A stretch of DNA of 62,550 nucleotides, the filler included, from Basidiobolus ranarum (taxonomy: Eukaryota), in the NCBI GenBank assembly GCA_040143965.1. It is 38 parts of 38 records of this genome, joined end to end, with 100 filler letters (N's around TTAATTAATTAA, not from the genome) between each part and the next. Parts side by side here need not be neighbours in the genome. Positions count along the whole stretch, not along the records: positions 1 to 1,557 come from JASJQH010004847.1; positions 1,658 to 3,213 come from JASJQH010004848.1; positions 3,314 to 4,869 come from JASJQH010004849.1; positions 4,970 to 6,525 come from JASJQH010004850.1; positions 6,626 to 8,181 come from JASJQH010004851.1; positions 8,282 to 9,836 come from JASJQH010004852.1; positions 9,937 to 11,491 come from JASJQH010004853.1; positions 11,592 to 13,146 come from JASJQH010004854.1; 30 more parts are not named here. One strand, written 5' to 3'. The position numbers and the translations under genes are program-made. Shown here piece by piece: positions 1 to 13,036 of this stretch (position 1 is the stretch's first letter; the number at the start of each line of letters is the position of its first letter). The notes beneath the pieces are model-generated. The model was not told where the DNA came from. It made no database searches and was given only the letters and a program-made list of their open reading frames with translations.

Positions 1-195
1 TTGATCCATAGTTCTCTGAGATTTTAGCCAATCATTTGCAACTATTTTGCGAGATCTTGAAATTTCACTTCTGAAACTGAAAAAATTGATTAAAATCAAA
101 TCTAACTTGACAATTTTATGATGGTAAGTAAATGGTCAACCCCAAATGGATTAAAATTGCGATGGTTTTCCTAAGATAACAATCCTCAAAATTTC
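1..195 (-). mobile_element. CACTA family left subterminal fragment
   Basis: Reverse complement of the left-end sequence at 1250-1440. Confidence 0.8.
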
Positions 196-606
196 ACTTG
201 ATCTTGATTTGCCATCAAAATCCCATCAAGATTTGGGACAAAACTGATTTCTTACTATAAAAATTGATTTGCAGCTCTAATGGATTGTCCATCAATTATT
301 GTGTAAAAAACTCTATAAAAACTTCTCATTAATAATGGCATGATTTTCACAATAGGCAGTGAAACACATTGGTTTTTATCCATTAAATTCTGACCATATT
401 GAGCCATTTTCCATACTACACTGAGTTATGGTGAGAAAAGTTATAACTGCCTTGTTATATTGTATTAGCAGCTCAAAAAAAATCTGCCATCTTATGGGCA
501 CATTTCCTCTAAGTTTTTTTTCAAAAGTTGCAGTATTAGTACAGCTTCCTGACTGAATAGGCTCTGGAGCTCTATCTTCTTGTAGCTCATTTGAGGATGG
601 GACTTC

Positions 607-952
607 TGTTGAAATTAGGATTGCCCAATCACCTATATAGCAAATATAGCTTAGCTTTTACTTATCCATTATTTAACTAAGGCATTACCCATTACTCTCA
701 TGAGGAATTTACTTGGAATGCTCTTACTAACTTAGAATTCTCAGATTTATAGATTTTTCAAACTTATGCTAAAAGCCCCAAACTTTGCACAGATGTTCCT
801 GAGACCTTCCTTGATACATTCTACACACTGCTCTGGTTATATCCTGACAAATGTTCAAATGTCAACTTTCTACTCAATGATCAATAAGTGAAAACCACCA
901 AATTCTCTAAATATCCAAACCAACTTCAACAGACCTCCAAAATACTTTAACA
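607..952 (+). mobile_element. Copia LTR (family A), isolated copy
   Basis: TGTTGAAATTAG...TACTTTAACA termini; homologous to 3637-3984 and 25208-25555. Confidence 0.85.
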
Positions 953-1238
953 ATAAATAGCTTAGTATTTAGTTATGTTGGAGGATCTTGACATAATGGG
1001 AGTGGACATTGTGTATTAGAGGCAACTTGTGATAGTATTTTAGTTACTCTAATCATAAGAGAACATGGTGACTTTAATAGTAAAGAAGCAAGTCAATTTT
1101 TTGAGATATTCAAGAGTGTTTTTAATCAAATGTAGTAGATAAGTGAGTATAGTAAGGAATACTGGTTGTATAAAAAAAGACATATTCCTGATTAAAGAAC
1201 AGAGGCTACAGCTACATAGCTTTCTTCTTCTGATATAT

Positions 1239-1557
1239 CCCTAACAGAAATTTGATGACTCTTATTGTAGGAAAACTGTCACGATTTTAATCCATTTGGG
1301 ATTGACTGTTTACTTACCATCATAAAATTGTCAAGTTAGATTTGATTTTGAGCAATCTTTTCAGTTTCAGGAGTAAAATTTCAAGATCTTGCAAAATAGT
1401 TGCGCATGATTGGCTAAAATCTCAGAGAACTTTGGATCAACAAATGTGCAAAAAACGTAACTCAAATTTTACACAATTACCACTTGAACACTAATTTGTC
1501 ACCTTTGAAATCCCTAGTCTCTTTGATATATTCTCCTGAACATTTTTATAGAGTTCT
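1239..1557 (+). mobile_element. CACTA family left end with TIR CCCTAACAGAAATT
   Basis: Same terminus recurs at 12153(-), 19343, 20536(-), 24054, 33625, 47244(-) and 50540. Confidence 0.85.
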
Positions 1558-1657
1558 NNNNNNNNNNNNNNNNNNNNNNNNNNNNNNNNNNNNNNNNNNN
1601 NTTAATTAATTAANNNNNNNNNNNNNNNNNNNNNNNNNNNNNNNNNNNNNNNNNNNN
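1558..1657. other. Artificial contig spacer N44-TTAATTAATTAA-N44 (first of 37; repeats about every 1.65 kb)
   Basis: Identical 100-bp spacer with stops in all frames separates contigs of steadily decreasing length (1557 to 1540 bp). ORFs ending in XXX or LIN run into these spacers. Confidence 0.99.
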
Positions 1658-2154
1658 ATAACTTGTAGTTAGCCTCTTCAGCAGAGATTCTGTGAACAGT
1701 GAAACGACCCTTGGTGTCGTAATCAAGACGGAAGTGTTCACCAGTTTGTTCAATGCTGAGGACGTCCATGAATCCGGAAGGATAGGTGGTATCGGTTCTG
1801 ACCTTACCATCGACCTTGACGAGACGTTGCATAAGAATGCTTTGAACTTCCTTCTTGGTAAGAGCATACTTGAGTCTGTTTCTCAAGAAGATAACCAAAG
1901 GTAAACATTCGCGGAGCTTGTGGGGACCGCTGGAGGGTCTGGGAGCATAAGTACCGGTAAGTTTATCCAACATCCAATGCTTGGGAGCATTGAGACGCTT
2001 CAAGTGCTTCTTTGGTCCGCGAGCCTAAACAAATGACACGAACTGTTAATTCTGACCAAAGTTGAATATGTATCCGAAATCTTTATGCTATCCATCCATT
2101 CACATCAATTCACCGATTAAATCTTGAATAAAAAGCCTAAGGTATACATACCAT
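1658..2154 (-). CDS. RPS4: 40S ribosomal protein S4 (eS4), 5' part; exon 1 is the ATG only (2154-2152), intron 2151-2025, exon 2 2024-1658 (truncated by contig end)
   Basis: [50 protein letters not shown] donor and TTTAG acceptor. Confidence 0.97.
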
Positions 2155-2827
2155 GGTGGACAAATCAAAAATAGAACCAAGGGAAAAGGAAGGTTAGATC
2201 TCATGATGAGAAGACTTTTAAGCTTCGAAGATACAATTGGGATCTGACACCGTATCTATCATTTCATTGGCTCGCTCATCAATTTCTACTTTTTTTATGA
2301 TTCAATTTGTAGTCGAATTTTTTTACCTTCTTAACTTGATCAAGCACCAATTTCATTCTTGTGAGTGGTTATCAATGTAGTATAAATATAAGACATCAGT
2401 TGCCACCATTATTTATATTGACTACGTTATGATAACTATGACCGCTTGCAGTTAGCATACAATGAAGTGGAGCCAAAATATATCAGTTGACACAGCTTGA
2501 AGAATTGTAATATCCAAAGTGGAACGGTTTCACTTAGCATATACTCACCGCTTTCCAAATATAACCTAAATCTAGGGAATCTATCAAATAGGCTATTTGA
2601 GCAAAATATTATCGGCAATATTAATGCTAATTCTTTCAAAATATTATAGGTAATCATAGGCAAATTGGATCAGTGAAAATTTATTGTTAATAACTGATTG
2701 ACAGTAAATGAAAGTGGTGCGAGGAAAATTAAATAGAAGCTTGTATAATCGAGAATAGTGTAATGTCCATATGAGTCAAGTAATAAATGCGCATTGAATA
2801 GTTTTCTGTACTATGACTGGGAAGTAT

Positions 2828-3213
2828 TTACAAATCATGGAAGTCACCTCCTTGGATAGTAGCTTTAATGTACTTCTTACGAATAACAAAGTCTCCGAAT
2901 TTCTCCCCATCCTCACGTTCGAGAGCGTAGTGTTTGATAAGAGGGGTTAGTTCTTGGATGATTTCTTCTTCCTGAATGGATTCCTTATAGAGCTTATTAA
3001 GGCGTTGTCCTGCGTGGCCACCACCAAGGTATAAATTGTATGTTCCTGGTGCTTTGCCAACAAACGCGATCTCAGCAACGTAGGGACGAGCGCAACCATT
3101 TGGACATCCAGTCATACGAATTGTAATCGAATCATCACGAAGACCTGCTTCTTCAACTACTTGGTCGATCTTTGTGATCAAAGAAGGTAGGTAACGCTCA
3201 CTTTCAGCCATAG
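2828..3213 (-). CDS. MET5: Sulfite reductase beta (siroheme/4Fe-4S) subunit, C-terminal fragment
   Basis: [22 protein letters not shown] siroheme-FeS motif, YNLYLGG and [10 protein letters not shown]. Confidence 0.92.
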
Positions 3214-3636
3214 NNNNNNNNNNNNNNNNNNNNNNNNNNNNNNNNNNNNNNNNNNNNTTAATTAATTAANNNNNNNNNNNNNNNNNNNNNNNNNNNNNNN
3301 NNNNNNNNNNNNNTTTTACATATCCCATACAGTTATAGATACTGGAGCAATAAGTTTCTTTCAGCGGTGTATATATGTATATAAATACAAAATTGTCCCA
3401 ATAATAATAATGGTGCTCAATACATGGGTATATCAGTACTCATACAGGAATCAAATCAGCACATATGCAATATATAGAATATAGGGTTAGGGCTAGAGTA
3501 CAGCTGCTTCCATTTTTATATTTGACTAGTTCATACATCAGGAATATCTAGAAATGTTCTTTAAATATAATATAATTAAAAAATCCATATTTTTACCTTT
3601 TCTTTGTACATAGCCGAGTAACTGTGAATTCTTATC

Positions 3637-3984
3637 TGTTGAAATTAGCATTGCCTAAGCACCTATATAGTCATATATAACTTAGTACTTAGTTATCTTA
3701 TAACTCACTAAGATATTATCAATTATTCTCATGAGAAATTTACTTAGAATATTGACACCAACTTAGAAGTTCTAAGATATATAGATTTTTCAAACTTGTG
3801 CTAGAAGCCCCAAACTTTGCACACATGCTTCTGGAACCTTCCTTAACATATTATACATGTTAGTTTGCTTACATCTTGACAAAACTATAAATGTCAACTT
3901 TCTACTCAATAAATCAATAAGTGAAAACCATCAATTCCTCTAATTCTCCAAACCACTTCCAACAGGCTCCCAAATACTTTAACA
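3637..3984 (+). mobile_element. Solo copia LTR (family A)
   Basis: TGTTGAA...TTTAACA, flanked by TTATC/ATATC (near 5-bp TSD). Confidence 0.85.
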
Positions 3985-4731
3985 ATATCAACATCAATGT
4001 GAAATACATGAGAAGAATTAATATAATTGAAGTCCACTCTGGGTGCATCATAGGAGTGAACACTAATGTACTCTCAAGTAGCTTGAATGGCAACTGCTTC
4101 TTTTTGATATTGCGGAATATCCATTATTGAAGGAGTTTTTATGGTGGAATTGACTTGGAGATTGTTAAATCATGGTAGTATTTGGCGCTACTGCGTAAAG
4201 ACTTGGGATGTTTGCGAGAAGGAAAGAAACTCATTGCTTGGCTACATCTTGCTAATTGATCAAGCATATAGAATCTACAAGTTTATAAAAGCAACGATGT
4301 ATTTAGGAATTTTGAGGGAAAGTCTTACGTATTCTCGCGATTACCCGCTACATATATTCTATAGTCACGGGGCGTTAATATGCTCCTCAAAGCATTAGCT
4401 CATTTCTCTTAGATTGAGATGTATAGCTATCATACATTAAAAAGCATTTCGTCAATGTTAGCACTGGTAAATTCGCATTTAGCCTCTACAGATGGATGCG
4501 ATTTCAGACTAAAATCAACTATTGCATGCTATTTACACATGAAATGCCACTCAAATAACACGACAATGATCAGCAAATGCAACTCGCGATTAACGATTTA
4601 GTTAGTTTTTATATTCTTATTATTTAGAGTAGATGAAAGAGTAATTAAAAGACTACGCATTATAAATCTTATGCTGATTCGTTCAATTTTACTTTCTTTT
4701 TATCTATCACTGGGAATTACAATATTGCTCT

Positions 4732-4869
4732 TCAGCATGAAATACCCGAACAGAATAGATCACGCTCCGACTTACGTCTTCTAACTAGACCAGGAAGAAC
4801 CTTTCCTCCACCACGTACCCAGAGTCCAAATTCTGCAGCTGCCGCACCGTTGTTCCCTTGATTGATAAA
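4732..4869 (-). CDS. GH24 (phage-type) lysozyme, C-terminal 45 aa (5' part missing)
   Basis: Manual translation FINQGNNGAAAAEFGLWVRGGGKVLPGLVRRRKSERDLFCSGISC*; the W..GGKVLPGLVRRR..E..LF motif is typical of the GH24 muramidase C-terminal helix. Absent from the ORF track. Confidence 0.85.
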   Translation of the reverse strand, partial: FINQGNNGAAAAEFGLWVRGGGKVLPGLVRRRKSERDLFCSGISC

Positions 4870-5889
4870 NNNNNNNNNNNNNNNNNNNNNNNNNNNNNNN
4901 NNNNNNNNNNNNNTTAATTAATTAANNNNNNNNNNNNNNNNNNNNNNNNNNNNNNNNNNNNNNNNNNNNAAAAGTAACAGAGGCAAATCAGCATGTACTG
5001 CTTCAAACCTAGGCAACTGCTGAATACTCTTGTTAATACTTACATTATCCTATCTTTACTGTTTAGCGCATCATGCAAAAGTGATATGGATTGCAGTTAA
5101 ATATAGCATAAATTGCTTTAGTTTGATAACAATCACCTATGTGATTATGAAACACTGATAGCATGAAATTGTCATATATCAAAAAAGTCAATGATAGCCT
5201 ATTAATACAAGCAATTTCACTACAATCAAATGAAAAATGTCTGTCAATAAAAGCTTGCAAAGCCGTATTGGCTTGATATGGCTCAATCTATTCACATTTT
5301 CACCCAATTAGAAGCTTACATGATTGAATAAACAATTTGCTGATCTAAAAATGATGCATCAAGCGATCCTGATCACTACTATCATACCGCAGATTGGTCC
5401 ATCATTGAGTGCTGTGATTTGTCACCGGTGTGCCTAAACTACTGGTGTTTTGTAATGCAGAAGCTGTTGTGCCCAATTGACAAACAGGATACTGTGTTAA
5501 TGAGGGACAAATGATTGGCCTAAAAACATGTGAATGTCTTGGTTATACATTTGATTATGTCAGTTACAGTATATATTGTTTACGGTTACACATTCAGTAA
5601 TTTGTAAGTTACAAACTAGGGGATAAACTTACTTTGTCAGTTACCCAAAATTGTAATTTGGCAATACTAAATTGGGTAACTTGGTACGGGCTGGCATGAT
5701 ATCTCCAAAAGAATCACTGTGTCCAATTATGGTGGGATAGTGCCATATTGTTCCTTATAGTGTCCAATTGAGTGTTATAAGACCCAGCCATGGTAATTGA
5801 CAGATTGCGCCAGATGGTGTACTAGCAGGCTGGATTGAGCAGCATGATCTGACCTGGTCCAATGGGACAAGTCTAATGAGGGTTGATAC

Positions 5890-6525
5890 TATACAAATAT
5901 ATTAACAATATCCACAAATAACTCCCAATGTTGCCTATACTGATCAGGCAGAAATCTTTTCAAGATTCCTCTTCAATATATACAAATCCAATACTTCCAG
6001 TCTTTGCATTTGAATAAATACCCTGATGAGTGGAAATTAATGAGATTCCTGGTAAAGTATGATGGCATCCTGATGTTTTCAAGCATTTTCCAATTGATTC
6101 AAACTTTGATCCTATCTCAAATGGCTCATTCATATTGAATTTTCCACTATATAGCTGAGCAAGTATTATTGAAATGTTGTTGGATAGTAAGTGCATAGTG
6201 CCTGATGGGAAGCTTTGGCTCCAGATGATCCCCATTAGCAATATGATCTCTGGCTCATGGCTATGACAAAGTTTGAGGTTAGACTGACTTTGTGGTGAAT
6301 TGATATTGGTGAGCATGTGAAAATCTGACCAGGTTCTTGATATTGAGATCTTGGAGTTTGGCATTGTATTTGGATAGTAGTAATGCATGTGTCTGATTGG
6401 GTAACTTTGTTGATTTGACAAAATCTACAGCATGATAGTGCATTGCAGCTACCAGAACCTGCAAATTTACTGATGGCAGGAGTGGCACCAATTCATATAA
6501 TGATAGTAGCTTAAATAAGATATTC
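5890..6525 (-). pseudogene. Degenerate CACTA transposase fragment
   Basis: Homologous to 36382-37302 (WSQSFP.GTMHLL, YSGKFNMNEPFEIG) with frameshifts. Confidence 0.85.
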
Positions 6526-6625
6526 NNNNNNNNNNNNNNNNNNNNNNNNNNNNNNNNNNNNNNNNNNNNTTAATTAATTAANNNNNNNNNNNNNNNNNNN
6601 NNNNNNNNNNNNNNNNNNNNNNNNN

Positions 6626-8181
6626 CTAGAAGTCTGTCTGAGTGTACCCCTTATCAAGCTTGGTTTGGAGTTAAACCTGATGTAAAACATTTGCAGATCT
6701 TTGGATGCATTGCTTATGTCAAAATTATGACCAAAAGTTGGTCTAAATTTGATCCAAAAAGTGAGAAATGCATATTTCTGGGTTATTGTACTCAAACTAA
6801 GGCATACATACTCTTTGATACCAGAATTTCCAAGTTAATCAAGTTCAGGGATGTTTTGTTTCACAAAATTGAAAAATTTTCACAAAAAATGACCTCAGCT
6901 GATGACAAAAATCAATTTTCTCCTGATCCAAGCATTCAAATTGATTCAAATCAAGACAATGAGGAAAGTAGCATTCCTGTGGACCCTTCAACCAAAATTT
7001 TGCCTACTGAAGTGCCCAATAAAATGCCAGAAGTTGTAGTACCCTTATCCCAAACCAGGAGCTCAAATTGAATCAGATATAGCCCTGATTACTATATCAA
7101 TGAGTCCCAAAATTGGGCCTATGCCTGCACAGCTCAAATACATGAACCACAGACTGTAAAAGAGGCCCTAAATGCCCTCACACAAAATTTTGGAGATTGG
7201 CAATGGTAGATGAGTACCAGGCTTTGATGGATAATCAAACTTGGATTTTAACCAACTTACCTAATGATAGAAAATCAATTGGCTGCCAATGGGTGTTTAA
7301 AGTTAAATACAACTCTGATGGCAATATATAAAGATACAAGGCTAGACTAGTAGCCAAAGGCTATTCCCAAACACCAGGAATAGATTATACAGAAGCTTGT
7401 GCTCCTGTAGCAAACTTTAATTCAATAAGATTAATTTTAGCAATTTTAGCTAAATATCAGTTTATTTACACTAAATGGATACTAAAACTACTTTTTTGAA
7501 TGGCAAGCTTGCTGAGGAGATCTATATGTACCAGCCAGACAGATTCTTGGATCCAGAAAACTCTAAAAAGGTTTGCAGACTCCAGAAAACACTCTATGGC
7601 TTAGAATAATCTCCAAGAGATTGGAATAGCAAGATAGATGCTTTTTTGGAAGCACTCAAATTCCAAAAGAGTAATACAGACTATAGTATCTAATTCAGGC
7701 CAGATAAGCCAAGCCCAGTTTTATTAGTCTTATCTGTAGATGATCTGATTACAGCCACCAATGACTTGAAGACTATTGAGAAAACTAAATATAGCTTATC
7801 TGCCAAATTCAAATTGACTGATCTTGGTGAACTGACATACTATCTTGCAATCCAAATTAAAATAGATAGAACAACCAAAACAATAATTTTAAGCCAGTCT
7901 AAGTATATCCTAGATTTACTAAAGAAGTTTAAAATGGAAGAATGTTATCCAGTGTCTACCCCAATGGAGACAAATCTTAACTTGATCAAAAATGGCTCAA
8001 ATCAGATGTTTTTGGATTCAAATGAAAACAAGAAATTTCCTTATCAATCTATGATTGGTAGTTTGATATATATCATGGCTGGAACATGGCTAGACATTGC
8101 ATATTCTGTCTGAGTTATGTGGCATTATCTTCAAAATTTAGGATTTGATCAAATCATAGCAGTTAAGTGGATTTTCAGATA
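6626..8181 (+). mobile_element. Ty1/copia pol pseudogene: integrase C-terminus and reverse transcriptase
   Basis: [57 protein letters not shown]; multiple stops. Confidence 0.93.
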
Positions 8182-8281
8182 NNNNNNNNNNNNNNNNNNN
8201 NNNNNNNNNNNNNNNNNNNNNNNNNTTAATTAATTAANNNNNNNNNNNNNNNNNNNNNNNNNNNNNNNNNNNNNNNNNNNN

Positions 8282-9836
8282 TGTTGAACTTTGCTCAACT
8301 ATTGATTTACTATGTAATTGGGGGATTACAATCTCTTCACTTGCTCTATTACTGGAAAGGTACACATCTGGTAAATTGATCACCATTTTATCTTTACTTG
8401 AGTTAGGCTCTGGCATGTTAATGCCTTGCAAGGTGAATAGTGTATGCCTAGACTGCTTAGCATTTAAATCCTTTGCTCTAGCTGGTTTTTTTCCTTTTGT
8501 GCCAGCAGGCTCTTGCTTGAAAGCCAGTTTTGATTTAGAATTTGAATGCTTTTTGAATGGCATTTAAATTTTCAGATGTTAAACTTGTTGTAATGAAATT
8601 GCTAAGAATCAGCTTGTAATAAACAAAAATTGCCATCCATTACCAGAAATATCTTGTAAACCCCTGAAGACTCATCTGTGACACCATCTCAGAATCAGCT
8701 AATGATATTGATGGGCTATATCTAAAATACCACCCTTATGTAGGAGATGTTCTTGTTTCCATAACATCCATCTCATACTGCAACACAAACATTTAAAGAA
8801 GCCCTGTTATTAATGTCACAAATTCTAGTGCCACAAAAGCTGGTGGCTTCATAGAAAAAATAATCACAAGCATGGTCACTGTACAAAGCCACTTGCTGCT
8901 CAAAGCCTGGTGAATATCAACAGTAATAAGTGCAAAAAATGAACTTCAGTTTTGCTCACTGAGTCCACTGGCTGTGCTTTGGCTCAAAGTTTTGATAACA
9001 CTGCCAAAAGTCTAGATACCTTGGAGTTACCACAGTTATATGACCAGAGTGATGTAGGTAGATATGCAATTTTGATCAAACCAGTAAGTCTAGACAACTT
9101 TGAAGACCTGCTGTTAGATGTTGACCTTGGTTGTTGCTGTATGATGCTAGTATATCAGAATTCAAAGAAGAAGACAATGATTTTGTTACAGGCTCTTTGT
9201 TATTGTCAAGCATTAGTCCACTCATAACACTTACAGTAATGGAAGCAGCTTTGATTCTTGAAGAGTGGAGAGTTCAATCCAATCTTAGCAACCAGGCATT
9301 TATTGGTTTTCTCACACTTTTACCACAATTGATTGGCAACTGTTTCTTGCCACAGACCTGGTACAAGTGGGCAACACTTGTCAACTCCATTATGGACTTG
9401 TTCTCTGTGATAGTGCCAAATTGTGCTGTATATATCATATTGGTTAAAGTATTCTTAAATTTATGTGGCACAATTTGGCACTATCCAGCACCCTCTGGCA
9501 TGATCAATTTCAATCACATTAACTCTAATAAATTGATCCAAGGTCCATTAAATCCTGGCACAATGGAACAAGTCCAACTTATAATCCTTCAGTAATTAAA
9601 CTACCTACATGTCCAAATGGTTGTTTGGCTTTCATCAGTGACCTGAAAAACCTGAAGTCATGTACTGTTTGCACACAATTGGCAACCACTGAATCAGGTA
9701 AATAATGTGCATATTTGGCTTACATACCATTGATTCCCTGTCTTAAAGTTTTGATGAAATCATCCAAATGTAGTTCCTTGATCTAATACTAAAGTACTCC
9801 CTGCAAAGCTAATGGTATTACCAATATACTTGATGG
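8282..9836 (+). mobile_element. CACTA internal segment: divergent ORF2 start (8563, - strand) and transposase N-terminal region (+ strand)
   Basis: MPFKKHS.. ORF2 on minus; EWRVQSNLSNQ..LPQTWYKW..CPNGC..CTVC on plus. Same layout at 51163-52704 and 59370-60910. Confidence 0.82.
9393..9576. mobile_element. MITE-like insertion in the CACTA transposase
   Basis: TGGACTTGTTC / GAACAAGTCCA terminal inverted repeat and an internal perfect 18-bp inverted repeat (9409-9426 / 9468-9485). Absent from the homologous site near 52370. Confidence 0.75.
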
Positions 9837-10144
9837 NNNNNNNNNNNNNNNNNNNNNNNNNNNNNNNNNNNNNNNNNNNNTTAATTAATTAANNNNNNNN
9901 NNNNNNNNNNNNNNNNNNNNNNNNNNNNNNNNNNNNAATAGTTTTGTAGTAACAAAGCAAATTGACTAGCTGCTTTCTGGTAGGTATTGGAGTATATGAG
10001 CCACAGTATTTCTCAAATATAGCCTCTAGGGTGGTGATAGGAAAGCCCATAGTTGCTTTTGGATTAATGAGGAATGATCATTTAGAGTAGATGGAGAGCA
10101 TGATATTATTCTTGTATTGAGCTGGCATGATACTGATCAATCAG

Positions 10145-11458
10145 GTGCACTGTAGTGTAGGATAGGGGTGTTAACTTAAATAGTCAGTAATAAAGCTTAA
10201 TCCAACTACAAATCTCCAGCAAAGCTGAATTTTTTATTCTGGAAGCTTAAAAATGTCAATAGGAGATATTTTCTTCACTCTATCTTTGAAGGGTAAAGAC
10301 GCACTTCAGTATGTCAATACCTTCAAGACTTTATGAGAAAAGATTATTTCTGATAATAGAACTATCAAAATCCTCAATATTACAAGGGTAGATAAAACTC
10401 TGGAGGTTTCTCTAACTTGAAGTCTGAAGAAAAAGAATTAGTTCTATTGAGATTGGCAAAGACTTTGATTAAGAGTTGGATATATTCTATGACTGTAAAA
10501 GTGAAGATAAATATGAAAGAATCTGTACTGCAATCTTCAATAGTCAAGCCTAGCTGAGTTGCAATAGGAATCTTTATTATCTTACTATGATACAGGGTAT
10601 AATATCTAGTTAAGGAAAGGATAAAGAATATGGTGTAGTATGGATGGTGCTAAGGCTAGAAGCTTTTTCAATAGGGGGAAGGGTTGCTTATATATACAAA
10701 CAGCTTAGAATAAATGCTATGAGTGGGTGGCTTAGCATTGAAGTGCTAGTAAAATCACTAATAAAGCAGCTGTGGCTTTGAAACCTAGAACACATCAGCA
10801 TCAAGTACTGTTGCAGCTCTGTGCAAAATATGAAAGGAATCCATTGGCTGGCTCAAAAGTTAGCACTGATTTTGTGAGCATCCTGAGATCCTGAATCCCT
10901 GTGTTCTGAATATATGCTAGTATTAGTTTTTGTGTTGGCAATTTTGAAATGATTGTAGCTCCACTAATATTAGTTCAAATCTTATGATCCCTGCATGGTT
11001 GCAAAGCACTAATTCCGGAGTTTTGATTGCAGTTTGAATTATTGCAATCAGTTAAGTATTGATGTGACTATGAGCAATTTAATATTCTTGATCTGTATTA
11101 TATTTTAAGATAGCAATAGATAATATTCTTCCTGCTTATTATTTACAAGATATGACTGGAATATTTCCAACACTACAGCACGCAAGTTATTAATCTAAGA
11201 ATTTTAATTATTATGGTAAAATTCCCTACATTCTGTTTAATAAAATTTCTGTTTGCATTTATTATCCTAATTATTTCAATTATGTGTAATTGCATGGAAA
11301 CTAGATAATAAACTGCATCAGCAAAGTTGATCATAGTTCAATCCAAATCAATTCATTTGGCACATATATTGAAACGGCTGAAAGCGGAATGCATTATGCT
11401 TGATCACACTATAGGAAATTAACTTTGACATTTTAACCAATAATATAAAAAGATCCCT
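10145..11458. mobile_element. Non-autonomous element with a long (~275 bp) TIR: internal part plus one TIR
   Basis: 10150-11050 is colinear with 28745-29666, while 11184-11458 is the reverse complement of 28467-28742. Confidence 0.7.
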
Positions 11459-11591
11459 AATTCTGATTGAAACCAATAAAGTCTAACATCANNNNNNNNN
11501 NNNNNNNNNNNNNNNNNNNNNNNNNNNNNNNNNNNTTAATTAATTAANNNNNNNNNNNNNNNNNNNNNNNNNNNNNNNNNNNNNNNNNNNN

Positions 11592-12153
11592 GAAGGGAAA
11601 AACGCAGTGCAAGTATGCAGAAAGTGACTTCAGAAGAAGAACATTCAACTTGACATTCAGTCTGGTGTTGACCATGCAGATATCTGTGAAGAACATAATA
11701 CAGAGTGGCACAATATTGCGGGGTATCTGCCAGATAGCTGGAAGAATGTTGATTCAGCAACGTGTATACAATGGTGAGCTTTGATGGAGATATTGACACA
11801 AACTTGTGTTGGGTATGAGCTAAACCTTGAGTATGAAGAACTCTGTAAATATATTCAGGAGAATATATCAAAGACTAGGGATTTTGAAGGTGACAAATTA
11901 GCATTCAGGTGGTAATTGTGTAAAATTTGAGTTACATTCTTTGCACATGGGTTGATCCACAGTTCTCTGAGATTTTAGCCATTTATTTGCAACTATTTTG
12001 CAAGATCTTGAAATTTCACTCCTGAAACTGAAAAAATTGATTAAAATCAAATCTAACATGTTGATTTTATGATGGTGAGTAAACAGTCAATCCCAAATGG
12101 ATTAAAATTGTGACGGTTTTTCTACAATAATAATCCTCAAATTTCTGTTAGGG
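11592..12153 (-). mobile_element. CACTA left end (3' end of ORF2 plus TIR)
   Basis: Ends ATTTCTGTTAGGG at 12153; abuts the Harbinger-like transposase. Confidence 0.85.
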
Positions 12154-12595
12154 TAAAGTTCCAGGTTTTGACAGATTTGGAAGATACATCATGTGGTTTA
12201 GTGGGCTACACCCAGGGAGACACCATGACAAAAGGCTCTGGGTTGAGAAGCATCCACCAATTGTAAGATCTGAGAGGACTACGGCTGATGTGGCATATGT
12301 TGGGGAAGAATGCGCAAGACTAGGATGTGTCACAGCCTACAAGAGGCCCAGAGGAAGGATACTCACCAAGAGGCAAGTGCTTTTTAATGACATCTTTTCT
12401 AATTTCAGAGCAAGAGTAGAAAATAGCTTTGGCTTCCTAAAGAGATATAGCATTACAGAAGTAAAATATAGAGGAAAATCATTTTGTGGGTCTCAATCAA
12501 AGTTAGGCAAAGAAGTCAAAATCTTGATTAACTCTCAATATATGTATACTCAAACTTGTGCATTGAGAGCTCTGGACTTAAGACATTATGAATAG
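12154..12595 (+). mobile_element. PIF/Harbinger-ISL2-like DDE transposase (DDE_Tnp_4 type), C-terminal part
   Basis: GRHHD..ADVAYVG..KRPRGRILTKRQVLFNDIFSNFRARVENSFGFLKRY; second copy at 55217-55700(-). Confidence 0.85.
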
Positions 12596-12759
12596 AGCTT
12601 TTGTTTTCTTTTCAATGTGCAATAATGTCTAAAAGCACTTTTCCTAAATATACCACATAAGTAAAACTACTGTGTCTGATACAATAAATAATATCATACT
12701 GGATAGTGCCCAATTGTGCCAATTTGTGCTGGCATGCTTTTTAGCTGGCAAGATCTGGC

Positions 12760-13036
12760 TCAATAAAATGAAAGACCAACAGGACAACCATAGAACTGGT
12801 AAGATCTTGGAAAAATCCACAAAATTTGTCTCATTACTTCTAGTCAGAATCTGTTGCTACCGCTTCATACCTCACAGATAGGAGAATTACTAGAAGTCCA
12901 TCTAACTCTACACTATATCAAGCTTGGTTTGAAGGTTAGCATGGTGCAAAATGTTTTAGGTTCTTTGGATCATTGCTTTTATCAAAATCATGACCAAAGA
13001 TTGGTCTAAATTTGATCCAAAAAGTAAGAAATGCAA
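12760..13036 (+). mobile_element. Degenerate copia integrase fragment
   Basis: Homologous to 6626-6780 and 53090-53310. Confidence 0.7.

Noticed and set aside
1720-1728. Unusual Asp in RPS4 ([10 protein letters not shown] where a hydrophobic residue is usual)
   Set aside because: A single-codon difference that cannot be told apart from a sequencing error or allele without reads.
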